DNA from: Alphaproteobacteria bacterium
GTDB lineage: Bacteria; Pseudomonadota; Alphaproteobacteria; CAAHEQ01; UBA3637
Reading direction: 5' to 3'
NCBI GenBank assembly: GCA_045660045.1
Contig: JAZRDB010000013.1
Span: 612 to 64,611 of the forward strand
Length of the DNA: 64,000 nucleotides
Of the stretch, positions 11,209 to 20,914 are shown one piece after another. Under the pieces are notes generated by a model, which was not told where the DNA came from, did no database searches, and worked only from the letters and a program-made list of their open reading frames with translations. A program made the position numbers and the translations under genes. Each line of letters starts with the position of its first letter. Position 1 is the first letter of the stretch.

Positions 11209-12831
11209 TTACACAATTGTCGTTGGAACGTCAATTTTTAGGTATTTAGGAATTTGTAAAATGGAAGTTGTTGCCAAAATAACGGGGGCCAAAACCTCGT
11301 CTGGTTTTTCACCATGATTCTTTTCCAAACGTGAGAAATAAAGGCGTAAAGTGGCACCAACAGTTCCTGTTCCGGACAGACGAACAACAACCCGGGCATC
11401 GTTGGATAGATCGATAACAACACCTTGATTGCCTGTGCGTTCTTTTGTGACGGGATCTTCATAGCTGAAAATTTCTGCAGATTTAACGGTTAAACATCCG
11501 AACTGCTGACCGACCAAAGTGGGCACCTGTGCACTTAAAGAATCCATTAAATGGCGTGCTGCTTCGGCATCCACATTTTCATAATCGTGTCGTATGTAAT
11601 AAACGCGTCCGTCTTTTTTCCAAAGGTCTGTTAATAATTCCTGGGGTGTTTTGCTGGTTTGTGCAATAATATTTAGCCATGCTAAAACGGCCCAAATGCC
11701 ATCTTTCTCCATTACATGGTTGGATCCTGCGCCAAAACTTTCTTCCCCACACAAAATGATTTTTTTGCTTTGTAATAAATTGCCAAAGTATTTCCAGCCT
11801 GTGGGGGTAATATAGACAGGCACCTTTTTGCGTTTGGCAACTTTGTCAAGTGCATTGGATGTTGGAGCGGAACGTGCGACTCCAAAAAATTGATTGGCGT
11901 AATGGGGTAAATCAGATAAATGCTCTGCCAAAACAGCTAAACTGTCGGACGGAGAGATAAATAAATGCTTGCCCAAAACCATATAACGATCTCCATCGCC
12001 ATCAGATGCGGCGGCGAAATCGGGTGCATCATCTGCGTTCATCCTGTCAATCAAATGTTTTGCATTGATCGGATTTGGATCGGGATGTAAATGGCCAAAA
12101 TCAGGCAATGGATCAGCATGAACGACAGTGCCCTTCGGTAATCCAAGCAATTCTTCAAAAATATATTTTGCGTAAGGACCAGTAATCGCATTCATTGAAT
12201 CAAATGTAAATGTAAAACCAGAGGCAAAAAGTTTTTTGATGGCTTTAAAATCAAAGATTTCTTGCACCATATTGGCATAATCTGTCACTGGATCAATGAC
12301 CTCAATAATGGTATTGCCAATTTGTTTTTTACCCGTGTTGCCCAATTCAACATCTGGTGCATCAATCCACCAAAAACGATCAATAACTTTTGTTCGTTTT
12401 GTAATTTTGTCTGTTAGTGTAGGTAAAGAGGGGGCTCCGTTGGATGTGTTAAATTTGATGCCAAAGTCACCTTCTTTACCGCCGGGGTTGTGACTGGCAG
12501 TTAAAATAATGCCACCAAACGCTTCGTTTAATGTAATTAAATGCGATAAGGCAGGTGTTGAGAGCCATCCGTTTTTACCCACGATAATGCGGCCAAAACC
12601 ATTGGCAGCAGCAATTTTTAATACGATTTGAATGGCCTTATCATTGAAATAACGCCCATCCCCACCAACGATTAACGTTTTACCTTCAAATCCTTCCACG
12701 GAATCAAAGATGGCTTGCACCACATTGTGCACATAATTTTTTTGCATAAAAACAGAAACCCGCCGTCTTAATCCCGAGGTGCCAAATTTTTGGTCTTGAT
12801 AAGGTTCGGTTTTGACGGCGGTAATATCCAT
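11209..12831 (-). CDS. pgm: Phosphoglucomutase (alpha-D-glucose phosphate-specific)
   Basis: 540 aa with the phosphoserine loop TASHNPGGKEGDFGIKF and metal-binding DGDGDR. Confidence 0.9.
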   Translation of the reverse strand: MDITAVKTEPYQDQKFGTSGLRRRVSVFMQKNYVHNVVQAIFDSVEGFEGKTLIVGGDGRYFNDKAIQIVLKIAAANGFGRIIVGKNGWLSTPALSHLITLNEAFGGIILTASHNPGGKEGDFGIKFNTSNGAPSLPTLTDKITKRTKVIDRFWWIDAPDVELGNTGKKQIGNTIIEVIDPVTDYANMVQEIFDFKAIKKLFASGFTFTFDSMNAITGPYAKYIFEELLGLPKGTVVHADPLPDFGHLHPDPNPINAKHLIDRMNADDAPDFAAASDGDGDRYMVLGKHLFISPSDSLAVLAEHLSDLPHYANQFFGVARSAPTSNALDKVAKRKKVPVYITPTGWKYFGNLLQSKKIILCGEESFGAGSNHVMEKDGIWAVLAWLNIIAQTSKTPQELLTDLWKKDGRVYYIRHDYENVDAEAARHLMDSLSAQVPTLVGQQFGCLTVKSAEIFSYEDPVTKERTGNQGVVIDLSNDARVVVRLSGTGTVGATLRLYFSRLEKNHGEKPDEVLAPVILATTSILQIPKYLKIDVPTTIV

Positions 12832-12848
12832 TTGAAATCCCCTTTGTT

Positions 12849-13661
12849 TTATTCTCCTTTATTTGTAGCAGAAACGGGATCTAAAAGCAAGGGGGTTCCC
12901 CAAATTTTATCCACAAGGATGGCCAATTCTTGACGAGCGGATTTGGAAGAAACTGTATTTGGAATACGAATACTTTCTTCCTTAAAGTCCAACATGGTTA
13001 ATCCTTTTAAGAATAATTCTCGGAAGACAACACGTTCGGAAACAACGCCCACCAAATCAAAGTGAATGCGGCGAGAAAGCGCATTTAATAAAATGGACAT
13101 TGTTTGTGAGTTGCGAGATTTGTTAAATAACATGCGGTTGCGCACCACAAACCAGTTGATGGACGGTTTGCGTTCCAACATACGTTGTTGACGTGTGCTC
13201 CAAACTGTTTGGGCAAAATGGCTGGGGCCTGTGATTTTTAATGTATCACCGTCCACCAAAGCCAAAATATCCAAGTCCACCAAGCTGTCGTTCATCGGTG
13301 TTACCAACACATCAGCCAAAGTCATGGCCTCGATACCTAAGTCAGTATGAGATCCCGGAGTATCAATGACAATTGCATCCACTTCGTTGGCTAATTTGTC
13401 TAAACGACTGCGCAAAGTATAAATTTTTGCCACATCTGGTGTCCAGCACGTATGGTCTGGTAATGGCAAAGAAACGCCTTTTTCCATCACAAAATTTTTA
13501 CGATTTTCAATGTAACGGGTTAAGCTTTGTTGGTTGGGATCCAAGTCAAATGAAGCCACCTTTTTTCCCGCACGGAGCAATGCCACAATTGTATGCATGG
13601 CCAAAGTAGATTTGCCTGTGCCACCTTTTTCATTTGCAAAAACAATAATTTTAGCTGTCAT
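12849..13661 (-). CDS. mipZ: ParA-family ATPase, MipZ-like division-plane positioning protein
   Basis: 270 aa with a deviant Walker A NEKGGTGKST. Its length and N-terminal pattern match alphaproteobacterial MipZ. Confidence 0.65.
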   Translation of the reverse strand: MTAKIIVFANEKGGTGKSTLAMHTIVALLRAGKKVASFDLDPNQQSLTRYIENRKNFVMEKGVSLPLPDHTCWTPDVAKIYTLRSRLDKLANEVDAIVIDTPGSHTDLGIEAMTLADVLVTPMNDSLVDLDILALVDGDTLKITGPSHFAQTVWSTRQQRMLERKPSINWFVVRNRMLFNKSRNSQTMSILLNALSRRIHFDLVGVVSERVVFRELFLKGLTMLDFKEESIRIPNTVSSKSARQELAILVDKIWGTPLLLDPVSATNKGE

Positions 13662-13673
13662 TTTAATTTTCCT

Positions 13674-14216
13674 TTATCTTGTGAAAACATCATGTAAAAT
13701 TGGGCGAGGAAAGGCATTTACAGCCTGCAGGCCAATATCTTTTGGACAATAAGCTGGTGCAGGAGCAATCGCTTGCTTCCAAGTATGCTTTTGTTCCAAG
13801 GGTACAGACAACCTTGTGCATGCCAAGTCCACCATCGGACGGATAGCACGTAAATATCCACCAATATCTCTGCCTTTTTTTAAACTCAATAACCAATCCA
13901 CTACTTCGGCAGCTTGTTGAGAATGGTTTGACCAATCCGGGTGTTTTCTTAAGGCCTGGTTAAAAGTACGGGCCAATTCGTTGCGGTGTCTTAAAACAGC
14001 ACCGGAAGAAATGGATTTTCTGATGCTGGAAAAAGCATTCAACGTGCTGTCAATTGTTAAAATCATCATTTCGGATGAAAAAGATAAATCAGCGCTGTGT
14101 TGCGTTATGTCCTGTTCAAAATGCGCATCTAATTGGCGTTGTTGATAGGGGGATGTAGTTGTCATTTTTAAACTCCTTAAATTTAAACTCAAAAAGTGAG
14201 AAATATTATAGCACAA
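13674..14216 (-). CDS. Hypothetical protein (likely start MTTTSPYQQ… near 14166)
   Basis: ORF with no recognisable motifs. It sits between mipZ and the htpG promoter region. Confidence 0.4.
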   Translation of the reverse strand: MCYNISHFLSLNLRSLKMTTTSPYQQRQLDAHFEQDITQHSADLSFSSEMMILTIDSTLNAFSSIRKSISSGAVLRHRNELARTFNQALRKHPDWSNHSQQAAEVVDWLLSLKKGRDIGGYLRAIRPMVDLACTRLSVPLEQKHTWKQAIAPAPAYCPKDIGLQAVNAFPRPILHDVFTR

Positions 14217-14305
14217 AAAAGGTCTTTTTGCAAGAGAAATTATTCATCCCCTCTTGCGTTTTTTGGGTGGGATGATTATATACATATGCAACAAAGGAGT
14301 TTGAT

Positions 14306-16129
14306 ATGACAAAATCTCAAAAAATTCAATTTAAGGCCGAAGTGGCAAAGGTATTGGACATTGTGATCCACAGCCTTTATTCCAATAAAGAAATCTTTTT
14401 GCGCGAATTGATTTCCAATGCATCGGATGCCTGTGATAAGTTGCGTTATGAACAAATGTTGCATCCAGAATTGGCTCAAAAAGACGGTTTCAAAATTATT
14501 GTTGAGCCAAACAAAAATACAAAAACTTTGACCGTGACGGACAATGGTATCGGTATGAATCATGACGATCTTGTCAATCATTTAGGCACGATTGCGCGGT
14601 CTGGTTCGGGCGAATTTATGAAAGCTCTTTCTGGCGACAAGCAAAAAGACATGGCTTTGATTGGTCAATTTGGTGTAGGTTTTTATGCCAGTTTTATGGT
14701 GGCTGATAAGGTGCAGGTGCGCACGCACAAAGCTGGCGAAGATGTGGGGTATTTATGGGAAAGCGATGGCGCGGGATCTTTCACGATTTCTGAAGATAAA
14801 GACGCCCCGCGTGGCACAAGTGTCATTTTGTATTTGAAAAAGGATGATGAGGAATTTTTGGATCCGTTCCGTTTGCGTCATTTGATTAAACAATACAGCG
14901 ATTTTGTCAGTTTGCCGATTGTTCTTAAAAACGAAAAAAGTGAAGATACGGTAAATGCAGGATCTGCTCTGTGGACTCGCCCAAAATCTGAGATCACCGA
15001 AACACAATACAAAGATTTTTATCAAACAGTGTCACATGCTTTTGACTCTCCTTGGGAAACTTTGCACTTTCATGCGGAAGGTGTGATTGATTACACAGGA
15101 CTCTTATTTATTCCAACCGAAGCGCCTATTAACTTGTTCCAACCAGACAGAAAATCGGGTTTAAATTTATATGTGAACAAGGTCTTTATTTCGGATGATG
15201 TGCCTGACTTGATGCCCTATTGGTTGCGCTTTGTGACGGGTGTGATTGACACCAAGGATTTGCCTTTGAATGTCAGCCGCGAGATGTTGCAACAAACACC
15301 GGTTATGACAAAAATTAAGCAAGGTTTAACCGCAAAAGTGTTGGCCGCTTTAAAGAAACGCGCAGAAAAAGCGGACGATTATAAAACGTTTTGGAAGGCA
15401 TTTGGCATTGTGTTAAAGGAAGGTTTGTATGAACCATCTGCCAACCGTGATGATGTGGCTGGACTTTGCCGTTTTTATTCTACAAACGGCGAAGAATTGA
15501 CTACCTTTGCGGACTATGTATCGCGGATGAAAAAGGGACAAGAAAACATCTATTATCTGACGGGTGCAGATTTGGCAACTTTGCGTCAAAATCCGCAATT
15601 GGAAGGTTTTGTGGCGCGAGGTATTGAAGTGTTGTTGTTGACCGACCCGATTGACGAATTTTGGACCAACACTTTCCCAGATTACAAAGGCAAAAAGTTT
15701 GTGGCTGTGCAACAAGCCGGCACCGAATTAGAAAAGATTGAAAAAGTGAAAAATGATGCAGAAGCGTTACCAAAAGGTAAATTGGACAAACTCATCGAAA
15801 AAATGAAAAAGATTTTGGGCGATGAAGTGAAAGATGTGCAATCCACTGATCGTCTGACAAAAAGTCCAATGTCATTGATTACAGGTGCGGGACAAATGAC
15901 CTTGAATATGGAACGCTTGATGCGCGCCCATGGACAACAAACGGCCTATGCATCCGATCGGATTTTGCAGGTTAATCCTTACCATCCATTGATTCATAAA
16001 ATGGCGGGAATGGACGACCCAACGGATTATGTGTTGGTGTTGTTTGACCAGACATTAGTCATCGAGGGCGAGCCCATTAAAGATCCTGCCCGCTGGACCG
16101 AAAAATTGATCACACTTTTGTTAAAATAA
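14306..16129 (+). CDS. htpG: Molecular chaperone Hsp90
   Basis: 607 aa with the GHKL ATPase N-terminal motifs (…LISNASDACDKLRY…, GIGM…) and the HtpG middle and C-terminal domains. Confidence 0.95.
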   Translation: MTKSQKIQFKAEVAKVLDIVIHSLYSNKEIFLRELISNASDACDKLRYEQMLHPELAQKDGFKIIVEPNKNTKTLTVTDNGIGMNHDDLVNHLGTIARSGSGEFMKALSGDKQKDMALIGQFGVGFYASFMVADKVQVRTHKAGEDVGYLWESDGAGSFTISEDKDAPRGTSVILYLKKDDEEFLDPFRLRHLIKQYSDFVSLPIVLKNEKSEDTVNAGSALWTRPKSEITETQYKDFYQTVSHAFDSPWETLHFHAEGVIDYTGLLFIPTEAPINLFQPDRKSGLNLYVNKVFISDDVPDLMPYWLRFVTGVIDTKDLPLNVSREMLQQTPVMTKIKQGLTAKVLAALKKRAEKADDYKTFWKAFGIVLKEGLYEPSANRDDVAGLCRFYSTNGEELTTFADYVSRMKKGQENIYYLTGADLATLRQNPQLEGFVARGIEVLLLTDPIDEFWTNTFPDYKGKKFVAVQQAGTELEKIEKVKNDAEALPKGKLDKLIEKMKKILGDEVKDVQSTDRLTKSPMSLITGAGQMTLNMERLMRAHGQQTAYASDRILQVNPYHPLIHKMAGMDDPTDYVLVLFDQTLVIEGEPIKDPARWTEKLITLLLK

Positions 16130-16187
16130 TTGTTGCGCTTCGGATCCTAATTTGGTATGCTGAATTTATCAAACAAGGAGGTGTTGC

Positions 16188-17528
16188 GTGCGTGTTCAAT
16201 TGTTGGCAAAATCAGATAAAAAACCACTTGATCTGGCTTCTCATGCAGCGCGCGTTTGTTACACCTTAAATCAAGAATTAATTGAAAAACCCATTGATGT
16301 GAAGGCACGATTGTTTGATTCGGGGCACCACACGACTTTGCAACACACAAATTTCACTTTTTATATTCAAGATGTGCCCGTGACGACCGTTTTGTTTGGA
16401 TTGCATTTAACAAGCCCTTATTATAATTCAGATCAACGGTCGGGGCGCTTTTCCAAAATGTATACGGAACCTGATTTTGAAATGATTCGGGGAATGTTGT
16501 CGCCTTTTTATAAAGCAGAAGACATTGATAAAGCCTTGCCATTTATTGAAACTGGGGCGGAAATTTATCGTGAGTGGTTGCCGAAAATTATCCCGTTGGC
16601 TGAAAAAGCCATTAAGGCCGAGCGACCTTTTGCAAGTGAAAAATATATTGAATTAAATGCTCCGAAACTAGCACAGGAGCAGTTGCGGATGTTTGTTTCT
16701 CAGGTAGTGTCGACGGCGTTGGATACGACATTGAATTTGTCTGCTTTGACGGCTTTGTGGCGCAGTGCTTGGACGCCAGAATTGCGTGCTTTGACGGATG
16801 CTATGCGGGATGCTGTGTTGGCGGAATATCCTGAATTAGAAGGATTTTTCAATCCTGAGGCTCGTCGTGATACGGACTGGTTTTTGCCGATTCAAGAAGG
16901 GACGGCCATTGTAGAGGACAAACCAGACCTGTTTCTAATCCATGCGGATTTAAGCGAAAATGTTTATACCAATGCAGGTAAGGACAGCGTAGATACCTTG
17001 TATTTCACACCGGAGGCCTTGGAAAATGATGTGCATTACGTGCATACGCGGGTGCAAGTTTCCTGTGCGACCTATGGTCAGGATCAACGTCATCGTTCTG
17101 TGCGGCGTTCCATGCCCCGTTTGACGACAAGTTTTTATTTGCCGCCCTTGTTGAAAGAGGCCGGAATGATGCCTGTTGCCATGAAATTTATGCAAGAATG
17201 GTTGGATTTAAAAGATCAAGTGCCGGCCGGTTTGATGCAGGCAATTACGCCTTATGGTGCAATGGTAAGCTATGATAAATTAGCCGATTTGAATGCCCTT
17301 GTTCATGAACAAGGCAAGCGGTCTTGTTGGTGTGCGCAAGAAGAAATTTATCACTTGTCTGTGGCTTTGCGCGAGGTATTGGAACAAATGCCTGAGGCCA
17401 AGACGTTGACTTCTGTATTAGCGCCACCATGTTTTGTTTGTGGAAAATGCCAAGAGGGAGCGCGTTATTGCGGCCGCGATATTAAGGGAACACCAAAGGA
17501 AAATTATTTTCCAAAGAGAAAGGTATAA
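16188..17528 (+). CDS. thyX: Flavin-dependent thymidylate synthase ThyX, long form with Cys-rich C-terminus
   Basis: 446 aa. ThyX-like segments HHTTLQHTNFTF and RHRSVRRS fit the RHRX7S motif. GTG start behind an AAGGAGG RBS. The C-terminal ~150 aa extension ends CFVCGKCQEGARYCGRD. Confidence 0.6.
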   Translation: MRVQLLAKSDKKPLDLASHAARVCYTLNQELIEKPIDVKARLFDSGHHTTLQHTNFTFYIQDVPVTTVLFGLHLTSPYYNSDQRSGRFSKMYTEPDFEMIRGMLSPFYKAEDIDKALPFIETGAEIYREWLPKIIPLAEKAIKAERPFASEKYIELNAPKLAQEQLRMFVSQVVSTALDTTLNLSALTALWRSAWTPELRALTDAMRDAVLAEYPELEGFFNPEARRDTDWFLPIQEGTAIVEDKPDLFLIHADLSENVYTNAGKDSVDTLYFTPEALENDVHYVHTRVQVSCATYGQDQRHRSVRRSMPRLTTSFYLPPLLKEAGMMPVAMKFMQEWLDLKDQVPAGLMQAITPYGAMVSYDKLADLNALVHEQGKRSCWCAQEEIYHLSVALREVLEQMPEAKTLTSVLAPPCFVCGKCQEGARYCGRDIKGTPKENYFPKRKV

Positions 17529-17530
17529 CC

Positions 17531-17559
17531 CTTGACTTTTGGGTAAAAATCAGGTATAA
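17531..17559 (+). promoter_or_regulatory. Consensus sigma70 promoter for tRNA-Ser (TTGACT-17-TATAAT)
   Basis: TTGACT at 17531-17536, a 17-nt spacer and TATAAT at 17554-17559, about 20 nt upstream of the tRNA 5' end. Confidence 0.7.
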
Positions 17560-17580
17560 TAACTCCGCTTTTCCAGATGT

Positions 17581-17671
17581 GGATGGGTGGCCGAGTGGTT
17601 GAAGGCGCGCGCCTGGAAAGTGCGTTTAGGTCTAAAGCCTAACGGAGGTTCGAATCCTCTCCCATCCGCCA
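17581..17671 (+). tRNA. tRNA-Ser (anticodon GGA)
   Basis: Acceptor stem GGATGGG/CCCATCC, a D-arm with the GCCGAGTGGTTGAAGGC typical of type II tRNAs, anticodon loop CTGGAAA, a long variable arm, T-arm GGTTCGAATCC and an encoded CCA. Confidence 0.9.
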
Positions 17672-17760
17672 TTTTTATTAGGGGTTGCACCTCTTTTGCA
17701 AGTTTTGGAACTGTAAGACTGCCCCAATTGGTTTATACCTTAATTTAGAGATAAGAAAAC

Positions 17761-18801
17761 ATGTTAAATACCGCATACAGATACATTGAAAATGAAAATA
17801 TTTTTCAGCTGCGCGGGTCTGTGTTGGCGAAAGCAACTTTTCAAAAAATGCTCCGGATGATTATTAAGACAAAACCTGGACGTGAATTAATTTGTCGCGT
17901 TGGAGAGGAATGTGAAAAGCGGGGGGTACCTGTTATTTTAGCGATGATGCATCGTGAAAAAAACAACTTAGGATATTGTGATCCAAGATTGATTATCAAA
18001 ATTGCGAATCCAAATCAAAAAGATTTGTCAAAAGCAAAAATCGAGCAAGCGACCTTTCAACAAACAATGACTTTGGCCCATGAATTAGGTCATGTGTTGC
18101 AGTTTTTAAAGAAAGAAGATCGTATCAATGCTTCATTGCCATTAAAAGAACGTTTTTATGCACAAGTTTGGATGGAAGCGGAAGCTGATTTATGGTTGCG
18201 AGATGTGGAAACAGAATTATCCAAAATTTATACTGGACTTTCAAAAAACATGAACTTATTGAAAACACGTTTCAAAAGCCGGAGCGATTTTGTGCGTTCT
18301 TTTTTTGTGAAGGGACGTAATTACGATTGGATGGGAAGTGGTGTAGAAGTTATCATATCCGAATTGATGAATGCACAACAGGTTATATTGCCGAATATGG
18401 CCAGTCATTTATACTTTCCAAAGTTAATGAATCAAAGATTTGAACGGATGCGTTTGCCGCTAAAATACAACGAAATGCCATTTGATAAATGTTTTTGGGT
18501 TGAAAAATTGCCAGAAGGCGTGAGTATGATTCGAACTGAAACAAAATATGCATTGGTGGCACCCAATGGATCATTGTTGTCCATTTGTGATCAAGAAACA
18601 AGTCCGGTAACGATAAAAAGTTTTGGAGAGCCACATCTTAAGCATTTATTTCGGGCGGGAAAAATAATGCCCATTTCCTCACGACGAACAACTAATCTTG
18701 AAGAATGTGATTATTTAACCGAAGAACCATTTAAATTGACGACACGTCAACTTAGTGCACTTGCGCGGCCGTTAGATCGTTTTGGCGGACGAGCGCCATA
18801 G
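17761..18801 (+). CDS. HExxH zinc-metallopeptidase-like protein (ImmA/IrrE-like motif)
   Basis: 346 aa containing MTLAHELGHVLQFL, an HEXXH motif in an ImmA/IrrE-like context. It lies immediately after the tRNA-Ser. Confidence 0.4.
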   Translation: MLNTAYRYIENENIFQLRGSVLAKATFQKMLRMIIKTKPGRELICRVGEECEKRGVPVILAMMHREKNNLGYCDPRLIIKIANPNQKDLSKAKIEQATFQQTMTLAHELGHVLQFLKKEDRINASLPLKERFYAQVWMEAEADLWLRDVETELSKIYTGLSKNMNLLKTRFKSRSDFVRSFFVKGRNYDWMGSGVEVIISELMNAQQVILPNMASHLYFPKLMNQRFERMRLPLKYNEMPFDKCFWVEKLPEGVSMIRTETKYALVAPNGSLLSICDQETSPVTIKSFGEPHLKHLFRAGKIMPISSRRTTNLEECDYLTEEPFKLTTRQLSALARPLDRFGGRAP

Positions 18802-18967
18802 CCATTTCACGAGATCCAGTTTGAGCCATACGTTCACCTTCCGGGCTGTAAATTGCCCAAACGAGCTCATTGTTTTGTGCTTCTTTTTTTATGTAGACGC
18901 GATCATCTTCGCCAACTTCCTCGGCGCAGAAAGTATCTTGAGTGGCAACAACAATCCGATCACTCAT
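18752..18967 (-). CDS. Small conserved protein, DUF1150-like (Hsp20-associated)
   Basis: 71 aa. It occupies the position of the small ORF usually found next to hsp20 in alphaproteobacteria. Assigned by context only. Confidence 0.35.
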   Translation of the reverse strand: MSDRIVVATQDTFCAEEVGEDDRVYIKKEAQNNELVWAIYSPEGERMAQTGSREMAMALVRQNDLTAAQVH

Positions 18968-18971
18968 TTGA

Positions 18972-19409
18972 TTATCCTTTCTTGTTTAAATGAACCGCTT
19001 TTGATTTCTTTTGAATCTCAATCCTTTTTATATTAGGACTTTTTTGTGGTTTTTGCAAGGTAATAATTAAAAGACCATTTTCCAAGACGGCACCTTTGAT
19101 TTGCATGCCATCGGCCAATACGAAAGATTTAATAAAAGATCTGGCTGCAATGCCTTGATGCAAATAATGGCGATTCGGATCATGTTCTTGACGACCACGA
19201 ACAATCAATTGATTATCTTCTTGTACAATATCTAAATCATCATCAGTATATCCAGCGACAGCCATTGTGATTTCAAAAGTAGTCGTATCCAATTGCTCGA
19301 CGTTGTAAGGCGGAAATGAATCGGCCCCCTTGGCGACTCGGAGTAACATTTGTTCCAATTCGTCAAACCCAACCAAAAAAGGATTGTTAAAGGGTGTTAA
19401 ATTAGGCAT
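18972..19409 (-). CDS. Small heat-shock protein, Hsp20/IbpA family
   Basis: 145 aa alpha-crystallin domain (…FEITMAVAGYTDDDLDIVQEDNQLIVRG…GLLIITL…). Confidence 0.85.
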   Translation of the reverse strand: MPNLTPFNNPFLVGFDELEQMLLRVAKGADSFPPYNVEQLDTTTFEITMAVAGYTDDDLDIVQEDNQLIVRGRQEHDPNRHYLHQGIAARSFIKSFVLADGMQIKGAVLENGLLIITLQKPQKSPNIKRIEIQKKSKAVHLNKKG

Positions 19410-20790
19410 TTTCTCCCGCTTTCAATTTTGTTGTGACTTCAGCAATTTGAGTGGCCAATTTTTTGTCTTGTTGGATTAAGCCTTCAATTGTGCGAACAGC
19501 ATGAATGACCGTTGTATGATCACGCTTGAAACACAAAGCAATATCTGGCAAAGAAAGAGGTGTCAATGTTTTTGTTAAGTACATAGCAATTTGACGAGGC
19601 CTGGCAAAAGCACGATCTCTGCGGGTGGATTGTAAATCATCCAATGAAATATTGTAATAATTTGCTACCATGCGTTGAATCTCGGGTGCTTTGACTGGGC
19701 GTTCATAGGTATGCAAAATGTCTTTCAGCACTTCTTGTGTGGTATTCATATTGATGGGATTACCAATCAATTCAGCATGTGCGATAACGCGCTTTAAGGC
19801 GCCTTCTAGTTCGCGTACGTTTGTGGTAATGCTTTTTGCCAAAAAGGCCAATACATCATCAGGGACAACAGCACCCATCTCTTTGTTCTTATCCTGCAAA
19901 ATGCCGAGGCGCAAATTTTCATCGGCAGGGGTAATATCTACAACTAAACCTTGTGAAATGCGCGTGCGCAACATATCATCGATGCTATGTAATTGAGCTG
20001 GCATAGCGTTGGCAGATAAAATAATCATTTTCTTTTCTGCAACCAATGCGTTAAAGGTATAGAAAAATTCTTTTTGTGTTTGGGTTTTGCCCAGAATGAA
20101 TTGAATGTCGTCTATCAATAAAACATCGGCAGAGCGAACCAAAGAACGGAAATTATCCATATTGTTTGTGTTGACATCATGTATAAAGCGTTGAAAAAAT
20201 TGTTCAGAGGATAAATATAGAACATTCTTTTCGGGGTGACGTTCTTTTATACGCCAAGCGATGGCATGCAACAGGTGCGTTTTGCCCAATCCAGAACCTG
20301 CATGAATATATAAAGGATTGAAGGAAATCGAATCGTCTTCGGCAATTTTTTTGGCGGCCGCATAGGCAAATTGATTTGATTTGCCCACGATAAAAGTATC
20401 AAAAGTATGGGCAGGATCCAAATAACAGGACATTTCTTCAACCGATTCGTTTTTCTCGGATGCTGTGTAGGACGCTTGTTGTGTTGGTTGAATAAGTTCA
20501 GTTTTAGGTAAAGAGGATTCCTGTACTTTTAAATCAGATTTCAATTTTAAATTGACAGTATTAATATTCGTATTTTTTGATTTCCACAAAGATTGAATTT
20601 TGTCTAAATAATTTTGTTCAATTAATTCATGGATGCAAGGGCTGGTAACTGTCAAATTCACTTGATCATTTTCAATACTGCTTGGAATTACTTTGCTGAG
20701 CCAACGCATAACAAACCGATCACGGAGGGTCTGTTCTAACTGTGTACAGATCTCGGCCCATTGTAGCTGCAATGTATTTGAGTTATCCAT
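19402..20790 (-). CDS. dnaA: Chromosomal replication initiator DnaA
   Basis: 462 aa with an AAA+ domain (Walker A GSGLGKTHLL, box VII) and a C-terminal DNA-binding domain (…TLPDIALCFKRDHTTVIHA…). Confidence 0.95.
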   Translation of the reverse strand: MDNSNTLQLQWAEICTQLEQTLRDRFVMRWLSKVIPSSIENDQVNLTVTSPCIHELIEQNYLDKIQSLWKSKNTNINTVNLKLKSDLKVQESSLPKTELIQPTQQASYTASEKNESVEEMSCYLDPAHTFDTFIVGKSNQFAYAAAKKIAEDDSISFNPLYIHAGSGLGKTHLLHAIAWRIKERHPEKNVLYLSSEQFFQRFIHDVNTNNMDNFRSLVRSADVLLIDDIQFILGKTQTQKEFFYTFNALVAEKKMIILSANAMPAQLHSIDDMLRTRISQGLVVDITPADENLRLGILQDKNKEMGAVVPDDVLAFLAKSITTNVRELEGALKRVIAHAELIGNPINMNTTQEVLKDILHTYERPVKAPEIQRMVANYYNISLDDLQSTRRDRAFARPRQIAMYLTKTLTPLSLPDIALCFKRDHTTVIHAVRTIEGLIQQDKKLATQIAEVTTKLKAGENA

Positions 20791-20825
20791 CTTTTTTCAC
20801 CCCTTCATAAGATTTTGTGATTTTC

Positions 20826-20834
20826 TTATCCACA
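20826..20834. promoter_or_regulatory. Consensus DnaA box TTATCCACA in the dnaA upstream region
   Basis: An exact 9-mer lies 36 bp upstream of the dnaA start codon and is followed by an AT-rich tract (20850-20900). Confidence 0.6.
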
Positions 20835-20914
20835 AGCATACGGGTATTTTTTTAAAAAACAACAGAAAATTTTAATAATTTGTTAAATATTTTGCTTGAC
20901 ACTAAATATAGGTT

